A stretch of DNA of 64,000 nt from a virus. The translations under genes were made by a program, and so were the position numbers. Each line of letters starts with the position of its first letter. Position 1 is the stretch's first letter. The DNA lies in IMG/VR virus record IMGVR_UViG_3300036940_000389. One strand, written 5' to 3'. Shown here piece after piece: positions 43,648 to 52,584 of this stretch. Under the pieces are notes generated by a model that saw only the letters and a program-made list of their open reading frames with translations, was not told where the DNA came from and ran no database searches.

Positions 43648-46056
43648 TTATTGACAGTTTGAATATCCACAGATAGCACAAATTCCACCCCGGCAGCCTG
43701 CATCTCTTCTCAAAGCAGGCTGTCCACATTCAGGACAAACTTCCAAACCGCATTCCCATTCATTAGAATTATATGGTTTTGTGTCCCATTTATTTGATAA
43801 TTCATGTACTTCTTGTACTTCATCTACTTGATTTCTGATTTCTCTCAGAACTGAGGCAATTGCATCTGGTATAGATTTGATTAATCCTCCATTCTGAAAT
43901 ATTGGATAATCTCCCCCTATCCCTTCTAATTGTTTGATGATGTGATCTATGTGTACTCCGCAACGCAGGGCTAAAGATACAAGTCGTCCTATAGCTTCTG
44001 CTTTTGCAGCCATTGATCTTCCGCCTTTTCCAATCGTAGCAAATACTTCAAATGGTCTTCCATTGTGCCAATTAACAGTAAGATACAATTCACCACTTCC
44101 TGTTAATATTTTCTTTGTAGTTCCTGACAGATTATCCGGTCTGTCTAAAGGCTGAGTATATTCAAAAGATTCAAGAGTCAAGGAAAGCGGTTCCTCTTTG
44201 ATTTGAGTCTCGTCTGAACTCAGTGTCACGCTACTCTCTTTCGTTGAAGGATCATGCTGTTCTGCTTCAGTGTGAGCTTGTTGTGATTCTGTTTCAGTAC
44301 CGAAATCAATGGGCTGATCATCAAGGCTTCCATCACGATAAACAGTAATGCCTTTAAGATCCTTTTCCCAAGCCATCAAGTATATTTTGGCTACATCTTC
44401 CGTAGAAGCAGATTTTGGTAAATTGACAGTTGAAGAAACAGCCATTGTGATATTTTTCTGCGCTGCTGCTTGTACTTCAATTCTTTGTTCGTTTGGAATG
44501 TCATGTGCTGTAATGAATACATCTCTTATCCACTGGTATTCTTCTGGAAAATATGTATTTTTTAAAGTTCCTTTATTACGTTTAATTTCTCGAATCACTT
44601 CATCTTTGTCCCTAGCATATTTACCGCAACGAAGAACACTATTTAATGCTTTTTCAAATTCTGGATTTAAGAATTCCATTGTTTCGCCATTATCAAGAAT
44701 CTTTGTCCATATCAATCCAAATTGAGGTTCTGTTGAATAGCTACAGTCAGCAGATAGTGCGGTGCTCCCTGTTGGAGCAATTGTTGTGACTGTAATATTT
44801 CCAGGAAGTTCTTTTCCAGCAGGAATGTCAGCAAACCTATTTACGAGTTCATTGAATCGTGTCTTTTCCCATGTATTTAGTTTAGAAGTCATGTCAGGAA
44901 TTAAAGCATTACTAACTAATAATGAACTGGATTTAAAAGCATATTTAGTAAGTGCTTTGGTGAAATTATGCAGCACATCACAACTTTTTTGTGATCCGTA
45001 CTGTATTTTTTCTTTGTAAAGATAATCAGCAAATCCCATTAGTCCTAACCCAATGGGACGATATTTTTTCATGTTTTCTTCAAACTTTTTGTTTGGATAG
45101 GATGATTTGTCGATAATTCTATTTAAGAAAAGTGTGCTCCAATAAATATCATTTTCAAATGCAGAATCATCAGGTCCATCATATTTTATGACATTAAGAT
45201 GTCCTAAATTGCAACACGAATTTGGCCATAAACTGGCCTCTCCACACGGATTTGTAGACTCTATTAATATATCAAGAGGATTATCTCTATTCACTCTATC
45301 AATAAATAGAAGGCCAGGATCACCTGTTTCCCATGCTGCTTGGCAAATATGTTTCCATAAATCCATTACTGATATTGTTTTTCCTGTTGGTCCCTCATTT
45401 GGATCAATCAATTCAATTTCTTCATGAGTATTTCTTGTTTTTGTCACTATCTTTGCGAGTTCCATGAATTTATCATCAACTACAATTGACAAGTTCATGG
45501 ATTTATAACTTTTTTTATCCCTTTTGCAGTTGATAATATTCATTATATCAGGATGATTGTATTTTGCAGCAATAAGATTTGCTGCTCTCCTCTGCTTCCC
45601 ACCACTTTTGATTTCTTCACTGATTACTTCTATTACATTTAGATATGATAAAGGCCCACTTGCATAGCCGCCCTTGGATAGCCCTGCCCCTTTTTTTCTG
45701 AGATTTGTGATGGGAATTCCAGCTCCGCCACCACCTTCATAAATTTTTGCACAAGTTCCCCACATGTTAATAATGCTGTCCATAGTATCCTGGAGATCAA
45801 GGACGAAACACGCAAGCATCATTGGATCTTTTTTTATGCCAGCATTTGCCATGCAGGGTGTATTTGGACGAAATTTTTGTTCATCAAGAAGTCTTCTAAA
45901 ATTGTTATATTCATCACCATTTTCAGCTAAAAAGTTAGCCACTCTATCATGACATTCATCTATGGTTTCTATCACCTCATTGTTGTTGTTTCTTGCAAGA
46001 TACAGTTTTTTGTAGATATTTACCGCATTTTCTGAATATATTTCTTCTAAACTCAT
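43648..46056 (-). CDS. nrdJ: class II (B12-dependent) ribonucleotide reductase with TSCPD and Zn-ribbon C-terminus
   Basis: NTPCMANAG, ACFV, TNPCGE, IGLGLMG, TIAPTGS, YRDGS, SIPDA, CPECG..C..CGYS. Confidence 0.92.
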   Translation of the reverse strand: MSLEEIYSENAVNIYKKLYLARNNNNEVIETIDECHDRVANFLAENGDEYNNFRRLLDEQKFRPNTPCMANAGIKKDPMMLACFVLDLQDTMDSIINMWGTCAKIYEGGGGAGIPITNLRKKGAGLSKGGYASGPLSYLNVIEVISEEIKSGGKQRRAANLIAAKYNHPDIMNIINCKRDKKSYKSMNLSIVVDDKFMELAKIVTKTRNTHEEIELIDPNEGPTGKTISVMDLWKHICQAAWETGDPGLLFIDRVNRDNPLDILIESTNPCGEASLWPNSCCNLGHLNVIKYDGPDDSAFENDIYWSTLFLNRIIDKSSYPNKKFEENMKKYRPIGLGLMGFADYLYKEKIQYGSQKSCDVLHNFTKALTKYAFKSSSLLVSNALIPDMTSKLNTWEKTRFNELVNRFADIPAGKELPGNITVTTIAPTGSTALSADCSYSTEPQFGLIWTKILDNGETMEFLNPEFEKALNSVLRCGKYARDKDEVIREIKRNKGTLKNTYFPEEYQWIRDVFITAHDIPNEQRIEVQAAAQKNITMAVSSTVNLPKSASTEDVAKIYLMAWEKDLKGITVYRDGSLDDQPIDFGTETESQQAHTEAEQHDPSTKESSVTLSSDETQIKEEPLSLTLESFEYTQPLDRPDNLSGTTKKILTGSGELYLTVNWHNGRPFEVFATIGKGGRSMAAKAEAIGRLVSLALRCGVHIDHIIKQLEGIGGDYPIFQNGGLIKSIPDAIASVLREIRNQVDEVQEVHELSNKWDTKPYNSNEWECGLEVCPECGQPALRRDAGCRGGICAICGYSNCQ

Positions 46057-46058
46057 TA

Positions 46059-46211
46059 TTACTCCTTTATCATTTCAACTTTCGTTACGAGTGCATTTGG
46101 ATTTTGTTGTTCAAACTTCCAAATCGCTTTATAAATATCACCAGCAGCTATAATTTGAGTTATTACATCATCTCCATTGACATACGCAGTGATTGCAAAT
46201 TTGAATCCCAT
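46059..46211 (-). CDS. 50-aa protein (not in ORF track; paralogue of 43490-43636)
   Basis: MGFKFAITAYVNG..IIAAGDIYKAIWKFEQQNPNALV*, AAGGAG SD. Confidence 0.6.
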   Translation of the reverse strand: MGFKFAITAYVNGDDVITQIIAAGDIYKAIWKFEQQNPNALVTKVEMIKE

Positions 46212-46221
46212 AATTTACTCC

Positions 46222-46437
46222 TTATTCATTCTCAAACTCACCAACGTATTCTAATGTTTTTACCTCAATATCAGAATCAAATTCGTTTCTGAAGTTATAG
46301 TGATGTTTTATTTCTTTTTTACGCAGACATGCCTCAACACATGTTTTCATCCATCCTTGTAAAAATTTCACCCAATTGTCGTCTTTAATATCAATTCCGT
46401 GTATTTGTACTTCAAAGGATATGTACTTTACTCCCAT
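46222..46437 (-). CDS. hypothetical protein
   Basis: 71 aa, AAGGAG SD. Confidence 0.65.
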   Translation of the reverse strand: MGVKYISFEVQIHGIDIKDDNWVKFLQGWMKTCVEACLRKKEIKHHYNFRNEFDSDIEVKTLEYVGEFENE

Positions 46438-46452
46438 TTTGTAGCTCCTTAT

Positions 46453-46662
46453 TTATTTCTTTTCTTTGATTTCCGATGCAGCTTCCAATTTTTTTATGGC
46501 CTGCTTGATACTTCCTAAGGATCTTGTACTGTTTATTTGTATTCTCACATGTTGCAATTCATGATTATTCAAACCAGAAGATATATCGTTGGTAAAAATT
46601 CTTCCATCAGCAGCAATCTCAGCCACAACTCCAGCACTTTTCAATTCGATAAAAATACTCAT
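46453..46662 (-). CDS. hypothetical protein
   Basis: 69 aa, AGAGGG SD. Confidence 0.6.
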   Translation of the reverse strand: MSIFIELKSAGVVAEIAADGRIFTNDISSGLNNHELQHVRIQINSTRSLGSIKQAIKKLEAASEIKEKK

Positions 46663-46663
46663 A

Positions 46664-47410
46664 TCATCCCTCTTTTGTATAAAACATGTTATTCTTTCTC
46701 ACATATTCATCGTCTGGATCATCTGCTATGATGGTTGTTTCGTACACTTTGTTTGCTTTGTCATGAGCTTCTATAAGCTCTTTGCACTTGGGACACTCAT
46801 CACACGAATAATATGTTCCCTGTTTATAAATAGGAGAACCACAGGACCAAACATTTGATAATAAATGATCAGGAAGTAATTGTATAATTTCGTGTTTATA
46901 CAATTGATTGCTTGGATTGAACTTTTCTATTTTTTTCTGTCCTATTGTGTTTATGTAGTCAGTTATTGCTTTTGATGAATTGAAAGATTCTTCATCTTCA
47001 TTAGCTTTTTTTGCTTCTTCAAAGTTTTGGCCAGATAGAACCCATGCTTTTTCATATTTTATAGCTATATTTTCTCCATCAAGAAATGCAAAAGTGCCTT
47101 TTATGCTGTTGATTGCAAATTGCGCTGTTATATACATTTGCAGATGAGTAAACCGCATTATAAATGGAGTATCAAGATAAACAGTTCTCAGATTCATTTG
47201 AGGAAAGTAATTCAGAACATTTTTGAGAGACAAATATTCTGGAACAGCGCAATTTTTCCTGTCTTTTTGCTCATGAAACACATATACACAGTGCGTGTCA
47301 GTTTTTTCAGATTTTCCTTTTGTATGCCAATAGTGCAGATTATATAAACTCTCTACACCACTTGTACAAGCAATGAAACAACCCTCTTTTTTATGACGTT
47401 GTTTTGGCAT
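46664..47410 (-). CDS. divergent QueC-like PP-loop ATP pyrophosphatase
   Basis: IACTSGVES (cf. SGGxDS); C-terminal WSC-x12-CDECPKC Zn site. Confidence 0.65.
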   Translation of the reverse strand: MPKQRHKKEGCFIACTSGVESLYNLHYWHTKGKSEKTDTHCVYVFHEQKDRKNCAVPEYLSLKNVLNYFPQMNLRTVYLDTPFIMRFTHLQMYITAQFAINSIKGTFAFLDGENIAIKYEKAWVLSGQNFEEAKKANEDEESFNSSKAITDYINTIGQKKIEKFNPSNQLYKHEIIQLLPDHLLSNVWSCGSPIYKQGTYYSCDECPKCKELIEAHDKANKVYETTIIADDPDDEYVRKNNMFYTKEG

Positions 47411-47425
47411 TATTCTTCTCCTTAT

Positions 47426-47629
47426 TTACATCGTTTCTCGTATAAACTCAGTTCCATGTTCATCTTTGATTTGTTTTTTCAATTTACGATTTTCTTCAAC
47501 CAATTCAGTGTTTCTTTTTTGCAGAACTATATTCTGCATTTTTGTTTCCTTCATGTCATTGAGCACTTTGCTTAAAGCATATTGCAGTGCTTCGATTGTT
47601 GCTTTATCATCAATGTTTATACTCGGCAT
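47426..47629 (-). CDS. small coiled-coil protein
   Basis: 67 aa, AGGAG SD. Confidence 0.6.
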   Translation of the reverse strand: MPSINIDDKATIEALQYALSKVLNDMKETKMQNIVLQKRNTELVEENRKLKKQIKDEHGTEFIRETM

Positions 47630-47647
47630 AATTTACTCCTGTAGTTT

Positions 47648-47839
47648 TTATTTGTGAGATATGAACCACGAAGCAAGTCCTATGAGTGCAATAAATATTG
47701 GTGGCAGCCATAAAGGGGCTAGAATAAATACCCAAGGAATTGGTTCTGGTAAAAATCTACCTAATGCCAGAATGCCACACCAGAATAACAGAAAAACAAA
47801 CAAGAAACCTATTCCTGGAAACACTGATCTGTTTTTCAT
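47648..47839 (-). CDS. two-TM membrane protein
   Basis: FLFVFLLFWCGILA and WVFILAPLWLPPIFIALIG. Confidence 0.7.
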   Translation of the reverse strand: MKNRSVFPGIGFLFVFLLFWCGILALGRFLPEPIPWVFILAPLWLPPIFIALIGLASWFISHK

Positions 47840-48639
47840 TTTCCTATCCTTTCAGTTAAATATTTGTAAGAAAAACCGTAAGCATGAAGATCCTTACAAG
47901 AAAATGTCAGTGGTCCTGGATCGACCCCGATAACATCAGCAACATATTCGTTTAGAAGAGTGAAGCCTCCCATATTTGTAGGGAATCCCCCTACCAAATC
48001 CCACGATCTATATATAACATGAGTAGTGAGACAATTATCAATAACCCTAAAATCAAGACCTCTGAGACAGGGCGAGGTTCTCCTTTCCATCTCATTCTCA
48101 TATGGTATATCGTAAGCAAAGTTAGACTCAGGATAACCAACGCTAAGATAACAATGAGCATTTCCTTTTCCCTTTTTTAGAAAATGTTGAATAATCCATT
48201 CAAGTTGGTTTGGAACATTGATCCAAAGAGTATCTCCATCAACTATATAATCGACTTCTATACTGTTTCCATCAGAACAAAGATATTCCCATCCATTAAT
48301 TGCAGGAAGTTTATACCAGCCTCCAACAATCCAAGTAGCATAACGATAATCTTCATTTGGAGCTAAATTTGAGTCCATAAGATAGTTTGCAAAATATTGT
48401 TCAATTTCGTGATCAGTTGTTGGAGGAGGAAGTGTGCTCGATTCTGGCATTCGTGGAGCTAATGGTCTTTTGTGCGGATGCTGTACAAAACCAGATACAA
48501 AATCAAATGAATATCTGTACTGACCTTCATATGATCCTTTACTTATGTAGTATTTTCTTCCGTGTTCAAAAAGATTCCACAACAAACGAAACCAAGCATC
48601 ATCAAGATCAGTAGCTTCAATAAAAATCGGTTTAAACAT
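47836..48639 (-). CDS. thyA: thymidylate synthase family protein (dUMP-type)
   Basis: SPCL catalytic Cys, YRSWDL, GFPTN (Asn specificity residue), LHAY. Confidence 0.8.
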   Translation of the reverse strand: MFKPIFIEATDLDDAWFRLLWNLFEHGRKYYISKGSYEGQYRYSFDFVSGFVQHPHKRPLAPRMPESSTLPPPTTDHEIEQYFANYLMDSNLAPNEDYRYATWIVGGWYKLPAINGWEYLCSDGNSIEVDYIVDGDTLWINVPNQLEWIIQHFLKKGKGNAHCYLSVGYPESNFAYDIPYENEMERRTSPCLRGLDFRVIDNCLTTHVIYRSWDLVGGFPTNMGGFTLLNEYVADVIGVDPGPLTFSCKDLHAYGFSYKYLTERIGK

Positions 48640-48647
48640 GCATTCTC

Positions 48648-48857
48648 CTATTTAGTTATTATGTCCTTAAAACATTTTAATGTTGCTTTTGAAGAATCAT
48701 TTGAAGGAAAGAATTCTTTAGGGAATTCATAAGAAGGAAAACTTTTTTTATTTTTTATACAATCAATGAGAGTATTTTTATCTTGTATAATATTGTTCAT
48801 TTTTAATTCGATTTGTTCAGAAATACCTTTTTCAAAATATACTTTTGGAAGATTCAC
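48648..48857 (-). CDS. hypothetical protein
   Basis: 69-aa ORF packed in operon. Confidence 0.5.
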   Translation of the reverse strand: MNLPKVYFEKGISEQIELKMNNIIQDKNTLIDCIKNKKSFPSYEFPKEFFPSNDSSKATLKCFKDIITK

Positions 48858-48872
48858 ATTAAGTGAGCACGT

Positions 48873-49073
48873 TCATTCTTCTGTCTCTTTGTTTTTGGAT
48901 ATCTCTGCAAGCAGTTTCATTCCTTCTTTGACTTTTTCTTTCATAGAAGGATGACAAACAAGCTTATTTTCATGTATTTCTACTTCTTGTTTTGGGTTGC
49001 CCTGCTCGTCAAGCATATCTTCTTTTGTATGAATTTCAAGATGTGTGAGAAAATCAAGATTCATATTCATCAC
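48873..49073 (-). CDS. hypothetical protein
   Basis: 66-aa ORF overlapping the GT stop. Confidence 0.55.
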   Translation of the reverse strand: MMNMNLDFLTHLEIHTKEDMLDEQGNPKQEVEIHENKLVCHPSMKEKVKEGMKLLAEISKNKETEE

Positions 49074-50230
49074 GAATACTTCCTTATTATGTCGTGAAAC
49101 ATGTTGGCAATGACATCAGGACTTAGGACTCTTTGAATAAACTCTCTTCCCATCGTTTTTCTATTTTCTAAAGAGTTTTCATCTAATGCATCACACACAT
49201 GCTTCATGAGAAATCCAGTATCTTTTATGTCTGGCTCAGCCCAGCTTTGACTCCCATCATAATTTGGAATCCAGTTCATATGAGCTACAGGAGTCATTTG
49301 ATAGTTTGTCAAAAATGCTGATTTTCCGTCTAATGGTTTTAAGAAATCAACATGTCCACTATAATTTGGAGCAATGCATATGCATCTTCCTGCACAAGCT
49401 TCGGCAAAAGGAATACCAAATCCTTCTGCTCTTGGAATCATTACGAAACAATCACTTTGATTATATATTGAAATCAAATCTTTTTTGCTCATGATATCTC
49501 CAATTAGATATATCGGTGGATATGATTTTAATTTCATATCACTTTTTAATTGTTCTATTTCATTTTTTATGACTTGGAGTTCTCTTTTTGATGTGTTTGA
49601 TCTATACGTTTTCAGTATCAATACCACATCTTCTCTATCATAAAATTCACTGAAATACGCCTTTAATAATCCTATAGGATTTTTTCTTTCTGTCCATTGA
49701 AATACAGATAAAAATTTAAATCTTTTATTTTCACATGGTCCCAAGTCATATCTGCTCTCGCTTTTCTCTTCATTTATAAATTCATTCACGTCTACACAAT
49801 GAGGCAGAACTTCTATTGGAATTTTGATTCCATTTTGAATGTACAATTCTTTGTTGAATTCTGAAGGAACAAGCTGTAAATCAAAATATCTGTTAATTGT
49901 CCGTATCCATTTTTTAGGAAGCTTATCAGTTTCCCATGTGTTATACGCAATATTGATTTTGCCATGCTCAATCTTTATTTGTGCTTCGACAGGAACTTGA
50001 TGATGAACAACGAAATCATAAGAAATATCTCTTTTCTTTAAATCCATTACAAGTTTGCCCTGATCTCCGAAATATGATGCTGGTTGTGGATCTACTTGCT
50101 TTGGTTCTGTTGTGATTTCGAATCCAGCATTGTGTAAAGCAGATACATAATCTCTATTTGCTTGTCCATATCCACTATGACTCAATAACGGACCTTTCCA
50201 TTTTATTCCTATACTTGATTTATTTGTCAT
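49070..50230 (-). CDS. GT-B (GT4-like) glycosyltransferase
   Basis: SGYGQANR, YNTWET, FLSVFQWTERKN, AEGFGIPFAEA. Confidence 0.85.
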   Translation of the reverse strand: MTNKSSIGIKWKGPLLSHSGYGQANRDYVSALHNAGFEITTEPKQVDPQPASYFGDQGKLVMDLKKRDISYDFVVHHQVPVEAQIKIEHGKINIAYNTWETDKLPKKWIRTINRYFDLQLVPSEFNKELYIQNGIKIPIEVLPHCVDVNEFINEEKSESRYDLGPCENKRFKFLSVFQWTERKNPIGLLKAYFSEFYDREDVVLILKTYRSNTSKRELQVIKNEIEQLKSDMKLKSYPPIYLIGDIMSKKDLISIYNQSDCFVMIPRAEGFGIPFAEACAGRCICIAPNYSGHVDFLKPLDGKSAFLTNYQMTPVAHMNWIPNYDGSQSWAEPDIKDTGFLMKHVCDALDENSLENRKTMGREFIQRVLSPDVIANMFHDIIRKYS

Positions 50231-50279
50231 ATCATTTCTCCTGACTTGATTTATTTGTCATATCATTTCTCCTGACTTG
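50213..50279. repeat. perfect 31-bp tandem duplication at the GT-GT junction
   Basis: ACTTGATTTATTTGTCATATCATTTCTCCTG at 50213 and 50244 plus ACTTG. Confidence 0.95.
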
Positions 50280-51532
50280 TTTTTCCCTTCGTCAGGATAA
50301 AACTCGTCTTCGAGAATATCTTTTTGAAAATTACCACACCCATTTATCCAAGCATTTCCAAGTAGTATGGATTCATCACGCACTTTTTCATTATTCATCA
50401 TATTTCTTTCGAAGAATTCTAAGAATCCTCTAGCAATTACACCAGAAGAACAAGCTTTACTCAGTAAATATCCTGGACCATATGATGTGATGAGAGGAAT
50501 TTGATGTTCGTGATCAGGTTTTAATTGAATCAATACATTGTCTGGATTTATTTCTGGATTTCTTCTTGCCATATCAACAAAATCAATGTGTGCTGTATTA
50601 TAGCTAATAATACTAGGCACTCCTAAGAGTTTTGTTTCAACAACTGTCCAAGATAATCCTTCTTGAAATGAAGGGAGTACATGACAATCAAAAACACTAT
50701 AAAGAACAGAAATTTCTATAGGGGATAGTTTTCTACTGTTCATATTATGTGATAAGTTCTCTGCTGGTATGTTGAATTCTTCAGCAATTCTTTGAATACT
50801 GTACACATGATCAATATTATCAAGATGCAAATAAAGAAGCATGTCTTTTCTGAATTCTAGTGCTTCAGAGAATCCCTTAATTGTATTGTATATATTTTTT
50901 CGTATTTGATTGTTTGTAACAAATCCGAAAACAGGACAATTATCACTAATATTTGGAAATAATTGTTTTCTGACATCCATTTTCTCTTCATGTAACAATG
51001 GATTGTACAAATCCAAATATCTGAGTTTAGGTCTATAGTATTTTGCAGAGAGCACTTCATTTTTTATGAGATTGTATCCAAACTCTGAATACACATATAC
51101 CTGATCTGGATATTTGAGCCAGAGTATCCAATCATTTCTAATTTTATCAATATCGTAAGGAACAATTGCTTTCCAAATAAATCCACATCTTTTTTGTGCT
51201 TTTTTAATATTGTCAAATATTTCTACATATCTCCAAATATCAATTCCTATAAAAACAACAATATCAATCTCAACATCGTATAATATATTCAAAAGTTTGT
51301 TTTTGCCCCAAGGATCACTTCCTTCTTGTGCAAGAATTGTTTTGCAATTAATGCTTGATGAATATTCAAATGGATCACCCATTGAAGTTACTGATGGTAC
51401 ATCTTTTAAAAAAGCACACACATCATACTTTTCAGGATCAATATCTTCTAAGCAAGCACCAAGCATATTTCCATTTCCTGAAAAACAATCAGGATTTTGT
51501 CCAACAAGCAATACTCTTTTTTTCTGTGTCAT
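50258..51532 (-). CDS. GT-B (GT4-like) glycosyltransferase
   Basis: SGNGNM, FGFVTNNQIRKN, DCHVLPSFQEGLSWTVVETKLLGVP. Confidence 0.85.
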   Translation of the reverse strand: MTQKKRVLLVGQNPDCFSGNGNMLGACLEDIDPEKYDVCAFLKDVPSVTSMGDPFEYSSSINCKTILAQEGSDPWGKNKLLNILYDVEIDIVVFIGIDIWRYVEIFDNIKKAQKRCGFIWKAIVPYDIDKIRNDWILWLKYPDQVYVYSEFGYNLIKNEVLSAKYYRPKLRYLDLYNPLLHEEKMDVRKQLFPNISDNCPVFGFVTNNQIRKNIYNTIKGFSEALEFRKDMLLYLHLDNIDHVYSIQRIAEEFNIPAENLSHNMNSRKLSPIEISVLYSVFDCHVLPSFQEGLSWTVVETKLLGVPSIISYNTAHIDFVDMARRNPEINPDNVLIQLKPDHEHQIPLITSYGPGYLLSKACSSGVIARGFLEFFERNMMNNEKVRDESILLGNAWINGCGNFQKDILEDEFYPDEGKNKSGEMI

Positions 51533-51548
51533 TTTTTATCTCCCTTTT

Positions 51549-51755
51549 TTATGCACAATCTGAGCAAATATTTGTTTCCAAAAGATCAATTTCTTCATCC
51601 ATTAAATGAGGGAAGAATTCCATTGTAGATCTTGCTTGCCTTTGATTGACTATTTGATCCAGATATTCCTCATAATCTTCTTCATTCACAAAAAATGAAT
51701 ACTCCCTTTTGCAAACACTACATTGAACAGTAATCTTGCAATCTCTCAGCTTCAT
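51549..51755 (-). CDS. small zinc-binding phage protein
   Basis: CSVC..FFPHLMDEEIDLLETNICSDC. Confidence 0.65.
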   Translation of the reverse strand: MKLRDCKITVQCSVCKREYSFFVNEEDYEEYLDQIVNQRQARSTMEFFPHLMDEEIDLLETNICSDCA

Positions 51756-52336
51756 TACATTCTCCTTACATTTCCTTGTTTGACATCAAATACGGCATCT
51801 GCTTGATCTACTATATCATTCTCATGTGATGATATGATCATTTGCAATCCTAATTCATCTGCTAGATATCTGAGTGTGTTTGCTGCTTTGGGCATAAGAT
51901 TTGCTGATAAATTGCGAAACGGCTCATCCAGCACTATTACAGGAGAAGATTTTTCCAATTTCCAATCAGCAAGACGAAGTGCAAAAGCAATAGTATCCAT
52001 TACTCCACCACCAACAGCAAATTTGGGCTTTATTTTCTCTTCATCTTTTAGCAACCAAAAGTCACACTCAGTCTTATTTCTTCTTTCTATGAATTCAGGA
52101 TGAAATACGTATGGATGATCGAAAATAATTTGCAGTGCTTTTGTGACTAGAGATGAAAAATGGTGCTCAATATTTTTTTGAGTTTCCTTTGCTGCAAGCT
52201 GTAATATTATTTTTGCTTCTTGAATTGCTTCTTTTTCATATTCATGCTGCTGGATTTTATTTTTATCTTTTTCAATCGACTGCTCAAGCACCTTCTTTTG
52301 TGCTCTGCAATCATTTATTCTTTGCTCAAGGGACAT
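51755..52336 (-). CDS. sbcC: Rad50/SbcC-like ATPase, C-terminal half
   Basis: coiled coil; signature-like VGGG; Walker B VIVLDEPF; H-loop IISSH. Confidence 0.8.
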   Translation of the reverse strand: MSLEQRINDCRAQKKVLEQSIEKDKNKIQQHEYEKEAIQEAKIILQLAAKETQKNIEHHFSSLVTKALQIIFDHPYVFHPEFIERRNKTECDFWLLKDEEKIKPKFAVGGGVMDTIAFALRLADWKLEKSSPVIVLDEPFRNLSANLMPKAANTLRYLADELGLQMIISSHENDIVDQADAVFDVKQGNVRRM

Positions 52337-52584
52337 TATTCCTCCTCTATTTCTGATAAAAGATCATTTATCTCATTTTCCAGTTCATCTCTTTGTTCTT
52401 CCAGCTCTTTTTTTCTTTTTTTGAGTTCCTTTTCTTTTTCAATAAGCTCATTTAAATCATCAGTTCCGAATTCATTTTTTGCAGATTCTAGCATAGCACT
52501 GAGTTTTCCTTTTGCCTCAGCTAATTCACTGTTCTTTTCCTCAAGTATCTTTTTTAAATTATTGAAGTTTTTGATATCACTCAT
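52336..52584 (-). CDS. acidic coiled-coil protein
   Basis: 82 aa with heptad pattern. Confidence 0.7.
   Translation of the reverse strand: MSDIKNFNNLKKILEEKNSELAEAKGKLSAMLESAKNEFGTDDLNELIEKEKELKKRKKELEEQRDELENEINDLLSEIEEE

Noticed and set aside
44160-44320. Insertion or intein in NrdJ
   Set aside because: Acidic low-complexity linker between the catalytic and TSCPD domains; no intein termini.
46664-47410. Complete 7-deazaguanine DNA modification pathway
   Set aside because: No folE, queD, queE or dpdA recognisable in the window; PP-loop is divergent. Cannot exclude genes outside the window.
47836-48639. dCMP hydroxymethylase for T4-like glucosyl-hmC
   Set aside because: The specificity residue is Asn (PTN), not Asp, and the phage encodes dUTPase rather than a recognisable dCTPase.
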